A stretch of DNA of 64,000 nucleotides. Origin: Longimicrobiales bacterium. Lineage in GTDB: Bacteria > Gemmatimonadota > Gemmatimonadetes > Longimicrobiales > Gaopeijiaceae. Under the pieces are notes generated by a model. It was not told the origin of the DNA. It searched no databases and worked only from the letters and a program-made list of their open reading frames with translations. A program made the position numbers and the translations under genes. The DNA lies in NCBI GenBank assembly GCA_965249725.1, contig OZ252251.1, positions 311,209 to 375,208 of the forward strand, written 5' to 3'. The first letter of the stretch is position 1. Each line of letters opens with the position of its first letter. This document shows, in pieces, positions 59,401 through 64,000 of the stretch.

Positions 59401-60758
59401 CCGAGCTCCTCATAGAGGTAGGCCAGGGCTCGGATGCCCTTCTCGATGTTCTCCTCGGGGAACCACTCGTTCGGCGCGTGCAGATTGGCCCCCGGAAGCG
59501 AGAAGCCTACCAGCAACGCGGGAGCGCCCAAGACCCGCTCGAATTCCCCGACGATCGGTATGCTCCCACCCTCGCCGGCCAAGACGGGCGCAGCGCCAAA
59601 AGCCTTCAGGAGCGCCGCCGTTGCCGCCTCCTTGAGATTTTCGTCGAGTTTGGCTCGCCAAGGCATTCCGCCGTGGAGCTCCTCGACTCGGGTCGTGACC
59701 CCGGTCGGGGTGACTTTGGCGACGTGTTCCCGGACCAACTCGGAGACCCGTTCGGGAGTCTGGTCCGCCACCAGGCGGAAGCTCACCTTGGCCATGGCCT
59801 TCCCGGGTAGCACGGTCTTCGCGCCCTCACCGGTGTAGCCGGAAAGCAGTCCGTTCACCTCGCATGTAGGCCGAATCCAGAGTCGCTCGGGCACGGAGTA
59901 TCCCTTCTCGCCACCGGCGAGGGTGGCACCGACCGATGCGGCGAAATCGTCCTCATCGAAGGGCAGGCTCCGAATACCGTCGCGGGTCTCGGAGTCCCAG
60001 TCGAGGACATCGTCGTAGAACCCGTCGATGACGATGCGTCCTTCATCGTCGAACAGCGTCGCCAGAATCTGGGCCAGCGCCATCGCGGGATTCACGACGG
60101 GACCGCCGTACGCACCGGAATGCAGGTCGCTGGACGGACCCTCGACGTGGATCTCGCAATAGGCGATGCCGCGTAGCGAGAAGAGCAGGGACGGCAGACC
60201 CGGCGCGAACATGGCCGTGTCGGAGATGATCACCGCGGCGCAGGCCAGGCGGTCACTGTTCGCCTCGACGAACGGCACCAGGTTCCGTGAGCCTACCTCC
60301 TCCTCACCCTCTGCCAGGATGATGAGGTTCACGGGCAGTCCGCCCCCCGCCTTCAGGTGCGCTTCGGCCGCCTTCACATGAAGGTAGAGTTGCCCCTTGT
60401 CGTCGGCGGAGCCACGGGCGTATAGGCGGCCCTCCCGGAACTCCGGCTCGAACGGAGGAGAGTCCCAGAGCTCGAGGGGTTCCGGAGGCTGGACGTCGTA
60501 GTGGCCGTATACGAGTACGGTCGGGGCGTCTTCGCCGGCCCCGCGCCACTCCCCCAGTACGATCGGGTGACCGGGTGTCTCGATGACCTCGGCCTCCAGG
60601 CCGGCGTCCACCATCCGCGCCTGAAGCCACTCCGCCGTGCGGCGGGTGTCATCGTCGTGGTCCGATTTGGCACTGATGGACGGGAGCCTCAGGAATTCGA
60701 AGATCTCGTCTGTGAAGCGCTGCAGTCCGTTGCCGATGTATTCCTGGACATCACTCAT
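59397..60758 (-). CDS. M20-family dipeptidase
   Basis: VLVYGHYDVQP, ARGSADDKG, AEGEEEVGS metal ligand motifs. 453 aa. Confidence 0.9.
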   Translation of the reverse strand: MSDVQEYIGNGLQRFTDEIFEFLRLPSISAKSDHDDDTRRTAEWLQARMVDAGLEAEVIETPGHPIVLGEWRGAGEDAPTVLVYGHYDVQPPEPLELWDSPPFEPEFREGRLYARGSADDKGQLYLHVKAAEAHLKAGGGLPVNLIILAEGEEEVGSRNLVPFVEANSDRLACAAVIISDTAMFAPGLPSLLFSLRGIAYCEIHVEGPSSDLHSGAYGGPVVNPAMALAQILATLFDDEGRIVIDGFYDDVLDWDSETRDGIRSLPFDEDDFAASVGATLAGGEKGYSVPERLWIRPTCEVNGLLSGYTGEGAKTVLPGKAMAKVSFRLVADQTPERVSELVREHVAKVTPTGVTTRVEELHGGMPWRAKLDENLKEAATAALLKAFGAAPVLAGEGGSIPIVGEFERVLGAPALLVGFSLPGANLHAPNEWFPEENIEKGIRALAYLYEELG

Positions 60759-60845
60759 GATCGAATCTTCTTCAAGAGGTCCACAACGAAGAGGCGCCGG
60801 CCTGCGGGCCGCCGCCTCCTGATTCCCACACGTGTCGACCGGTCT

Positions 60846-61124
60846 TCAAATGAGGCCGCGGATGCCCCACCGGTAGACGAAACTCATCAAGGCGGAAAAC
60901 GCCAAGGCGCCGCCCATCCCTCCCGCGCTCAGCGCGAGGGGATCGTCGAACTCGAATATGCCGACTCCCAGCATCCCACCGATGACGGCACTGAAGGCGC
61001 CGAGCACCATGAGGAGCGATACGTGTCCGGACGTCTCCTCGGGGCGCTTGACGGCCATGCGCATGACGAGGCCGATAAGGGCCCCCATCACAATCCATAT
61101 GCCGATGCCGATCCAGTTCTCCAT
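60846..61124 (-). CDS. GlsB/YeaQ/YmgE-family stress-response membrane protein
   Basis: 92 aa, Gly-rich TM helices. MENWIGIGIWIVMGALIGLV, typical of the family. Confidence 0.85.
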   Translation of the reverse strand: MENWIGIGIWIVMGALIGLVMRMAVKRPEETSGHVSLLMVLGAFSAVIGGMLGVGIFEFDDPLALSAGGMGGALAFSALMSFVYRWGIRGLI

Positions 61125-61276
61125 TTGTCACCGTTTTGGGTCAGGCGTGGTCTCGTTGTCCGAGGCGAGGCCTCAGGAAGGAGAATCTAAGAAATCCACC
61201 GGTCCGCGCCACCGGTGAAGCGCCGCCGGTGGAGCGCCGCCGTGTGCGCCGTAGGAATCTCATTGCGCCTCAGCGC

Positions 61277-61807
61277 ATGTGGGTCTACGGTTGCTTCGTG
61301 AACGACGACGTCATCGATCTTACCAAGTATCTGGGCCGAACCGGGCCCGAGGCGGCGCAGGAAGGCGCTCGCGGCAACTTCTCCGTCTGGGGTGGTGACG
61401 GAGAGCGATCGCGGTTCGCCCTACCAATATGGCGGTCGATCTATCTGGTCGGTGGCGGCCGGGGCGGTTTGGTCTCGGTGGCCCAACAGGGTGATTCCGA
61501 GCCGGAACCGCTCTTCGTGCTGGATCTGGGGGCCGAGCCCGCCCGCACCGAGTTCACGCTTCCCATGGTCGAGGCCGATATCGGTGGTGATGCGCCCGCG
61601 CTCCTGGAAGAGGGGGATACGGTGGCCGTGTTCTTAGGGGAGCGGAAGGGGCGGAATTGGTTCTTGGTTCTCGACGATCGAGGCGAGGGCCACGAAGCCG
61701 CGGCGGCCGGAACCAGAGAAGATCTGCTGTTTCTTGCGGGAGAATGTGCCGGCCTGCTCTTCTTCCGCGAGCTTGCGGAGGCTGGGGAAGAGCTGGATCT
61801 GGACTAG
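61277..61807 (+). CDS. Hypothetical protein
   Basis: 176 aa from ATG 61277. The Arg-rich upstream part of the track ORF is probably not coding. No motif recognised. Confidence 0.45.
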   Translation: MWVYGCFVNDDVIDLTKYLGRTGPEAAQEGARGNFSVWGGDGERSRFALPIWRSIYLVGGGRGGLVSVAQQGDSEPEPLFVLDLGAEPARTEFTLPMVEADIGGDAPALLEEGDTVAVFLGERKGRNWFLVLDDRGEGHEAAAAGTREDLLFLAGECAGLLFFRELAEAGEELDLD

Positions 61808-61831
61808 AGGCTTGCCGAGGCCCCGGGGCAT

Positions 61832-62500
61832 CTATCCGTCGTCGTCCTCGCCCATCGCCCGCTTCAGGGCGTCCAATCGAGCGTCGACATCCATCGGAGG
61901 TGGTGGAGGAGGCGATCTGAACTCGTCGAGTGGGTCGTCGTCCATCGCCTCGTTCACCTCTATCTGAGCCTCTCGCCGGGCGTCGTCGTCTTCTAAATCA
62001 CCCGCGATGCGGTCCAATTCGGCGAACAGATCCTCGGCCCCGTCGATCGAGTTGCGAGCAGTGGCGCGCCCTGCGGTCGCGGTCAACGTGTCACGGTTCT
62101 TCTCGGCGTCCTTGATCGTCGCGATCATATCCTTGAACTCGGCCCGGCGCATATCGAGCTCTTCCTTGAGGACGATGGCTTTTTGCTCGAGGACTTCCCG
62201 ACGGTGCTCGTGTTTCTCGGCGTACTCTCGAGCGACTCGGGCGGTCTCTTCGTCACCGATGTCGGAGGCCATCTTCTCGCGACGACGACACGTCTCTCCC
62301 TCACGCTTTTCCTTGTCGGTCGCTTCTATGGCCTTCTTGATGGCCGCTTCCAGCCGCTGGGTCTCGGCTTGGGTGTCGGCGGCCTCGCGCTTCATCGCCC
62401 GGAGCAGATTATCCACGGCTTCCGGGACGTCATCGCGGTCCAGCTCTTCCTTGAAGTTGTCCACGGCTTCTCGGAAGGCTCGGCGTAGGTTGTCGAACAT
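61832..62500 (-). CDS. PspA/IM30-like charged coiled-coil protein
   Basis: 222 aa. Amphipathic N-terminus MFDNLRRAFREAVDNFKEEL, long charged helical segments, PPPPPP, acidic tail. No TM. 24 nt downstream of the ECF sigma gene. Confidence 0.5.
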   Translation of the reverse strand: MFDNLRRAFREAVDNFKEELDRDDVPEAVDNLLRAMKREAADTQAETQRLEAAIKKAIEATDKEKREGETCRRREKMASDIGDEETARVAREYAEKHEHRREVLEQKAIVLKEELDMRRAEFKDMIATIKDAEKNRDTLTATAGRATARNSIDGAEDLFAELDRIAGDLEDDDARREAQIEVNEAMDDDPLDEFRSPPPPPPMDVDARLDALKRAMGEDDDG

Positions 62501-62524
62501 AGTCCTAATTGTGGAGCATTGGAC

Positions 62525-63157
62525 TTAGTTCAGGAAGGGCTCTATCCGCTGGGCGAATGAGTTCCTGGCGCGATGCAGCCGGCTCTTCACAGTACCGAGA
62601 TTGACGCCGGTGATCTCGGCGATTTCCTCATAGCTCTTTCCATCGAGCTCACGGAGTCTGAAGACCAGCCGGTGGTGTTCCGGCAGCTCCTCGACGGTGT
62701 CCTCGACGAGGCGTCTCAGATACCGCTTCCTGTAGAGATCGTCCGGCCTCATCCGGAAATCCTCGAACTGCAGGGGCCGATGGTCGTCGTCCCAGTTGCC
62801 GGTGAGCCGCTGAAAGAGAATGAGGGGGCTCCGTGACCGGTTGCGAAGCTCGTTCTTGGAGAGGTTGCTCGCGATGGTGTAGACCCACGTGGAGAACTTC
62901 TTCGTCGTGTCGAACCGGTGGAGGTGTCGAGTCACTCGAATGAAGGCCTCCTGGACGAGATCCTGGGCCCTGTCGCTGTCTCCGGTCTTACGCGTGACGA
63001 AGTGTACCAAGCGGTCGTGATAGCGTTCGTAGAGGTTCTCGAAGGCACCCTTCCGACCCTGCAAGTGAGCCGTGACGAGGTCCTCGTCACTGAGCTGCGT
63101 GAGGGGCTCCTCGGAAAGGTAGGTCACGAATTGCTCGGTCATATTCGGCTTTACCAT
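62525..63157 (-). CDS. ECF-type (group 4) sigma-70 family sigma factor
   Basis: Region 2 DLVQEAFIRV..FSTWVYTIA; region 4 YEEIAEITGVNLGTVKSRLHRAR. Confidence 0.9.
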   Translation of the reverse strand: MVKPNMTEQFVTYLSEEPLTQLSDEDLVTAHLQGRKGAFENLYERYHDRLVHFVTRKTGDSDRAQDLVQEAFIRVTRHLHRFDTTKKFSTWVYTIASNLSKNELRNRSRSPLILFQRLTGNWDDDHRPLQFEDFRMRPDDLYRKRYLRRLVEDTVEELPEHHRLVFRLRELDGKSYEEIAEITGVNLGTVKSRLHRARNSFAQRIEPFLN

Positions 63158-63288
63158 GCGCTATTCCAGTGAGGTACGGCCGTCGGTGAGGATCTTCGGC
63201 GTCGACCTGGTGGGGCCGTTACCAATAATGATTCTCACTTTCAGATTGAAATATGCTCCGTCGGGTACTCGCCTACAAGGGCCAAACC

Positions 63289-64000
63289 TCAAACCGGCCG
63301 GCGGTCCAGTCCCGATAGCCGCGCCCCGTCCGAAAAGCCCGTATACAGGGCTTGTTCCGGCTCGGGGAGGTCTTCTCGCGACCGCAGAGCCTCCTCGGCC
63401 GCTGCGTCTACCAGGGTCCCAGCTTCTTCCTCGATAGAGTTCAGCTGCTCCTCCGAGATGCCCTTGCTCTTCAGGAACTCCTCGAAGAGGCCAACAGGAT
63501 CCCGGCGTCCCCAGGCCTCGAACATCTCCGAGGGGAACGTCGCGCGGGCCTCACCCTCGTCGTGGGTCGCGTGTCCACCCATGCGGAACGTCTCGGCCAA
63601 GACGATGGCCGGACCCTCACCTTGTCTGCACCGGCGAACCGCCAGGGTCGTGGCCGCGAACACGTCGAGCAGGTTGTTGCCGTCCGCGGTCCAGGACGGG
63701 ATGCCGTACATGTCGGGCCACCGCTTCAAGTCCCCAGCGCCGTGCTCGTCGAGTCGGGTGCCGAGCGCGACCTGGTTGTTCTGGATTACGAACACCGCCG
63801 GGACATCCTGTACGGCAGCGAAGCCCAGGCCCTCGTGGCACGCCGCGGTTCGGGTCGCCCCATCGCCCACCCACGTCATGGCGACACGGTCTTGGCCACG
63901 TTGCTTGAACGAAAGTGCCACCCCGGCCATGACCGTCACGCTCGTGCCCATGTGGCTGATGGGTTGTATGACCCCGACCGACAGGTCGCCGGCATGGAGG
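63289..64000 (-). CDS. Thiamine-diphosphate-dependent 2-oxoacid dehydrogenase E1 component, alpha subunit (N-terminus outside window)
   Basis: Frame is open to the window edge. TPP motif VGDGATRTAACHEGLGFAA...VIQNNQVA. Confidence 0.85.
   Translation of the reverse strand, partial: LHAGDLSVGVIQPISHMGTSVTVMAGVALSFKQRGQDRVAMTWVGDGATRTAACHEGLGFAAVQDVPAVFVIQNNQVALGTRLDEHGAGDLKRWPDMYGIPSWTADGNNLLDVFAATTLAVRRCRQGEGPAIVLAETFRMGGHATHDEGEARATFPSEMFEAWGRRDPVGLFEEFLKSKGISEEQLNSIEEEAGTLVDAAAEEALRSREDLPEPEQALYTGFSDGARLSGLDRRPV

Overview
This is a 64-kb stretch of a high-GC (by eye, mid-60s %) bacterial chromosome. Two short (~290 aa) RpoD-type sigma factors, Omp85-family proteins, a DUF2723 GT-C protein and a PRC-type cytochrome c suggest an FCB-group / Gemmatimonadota-like diderm; that placement is inference only. 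The content is mostly housekeeping and central metabolism. In order: gcvP (5' partial), MBL-fold hydrolase and lipoate ligase; a Dpp/Opp-type peptide ABC operon whose binding-protein gene is frameshifted and followed by a 230-bp MITE-like palindromic insertion; a monocistronic ExbB/TolQ-like gene; a 6 x 13-bp tandem repeat; Slt; CspA; DUF4097; PolA; a tail-less SSB; an Omp85-like / sigma / Omp85 block; MaeB and PckA. Then come a YtrA(GntR)-ABC operon carrying two unknown bitopic proteins; an EVE protein; a dihaem-motif cytochrome with a His/Glu-rich insert; MmsA, class-III aminotransferase and an SSS transporter; CoA-transferase; a Cho-like half-UvrC; an HD phosphohydrolase; PP2C; the second sigma; RsgA; and a BtuFCD-like ABC operon. 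The window ends with a membrane protein + SbcD-like + short Rad50-like cassette; DUF2723; HyuA; TrpE; an M20 dipeptidase; GlsB; a PspA-like protein plus ECF sigma; and a 2-oxoacid dehydrogenase E1 alpha (partial). I saw no rRNA, tRNA, CRISPR, transposase or prophage genes. Many long ORFs in the track are antisense shadows typical of high-GC DNA. The best candidate for an undescribed system is the membrane protein + degenerate Mre11/SbcD-like + mini Rad50-like (zinc hook retained, ATPase motifs eroded) cassette at 49171-52350. Next are the YtrA-ABC operon with two unknown envelope proteins and the ECF sigma paired with a PspA-like coiled-coil protein. All family assignments come from motif recognition by eye; no database search was run.
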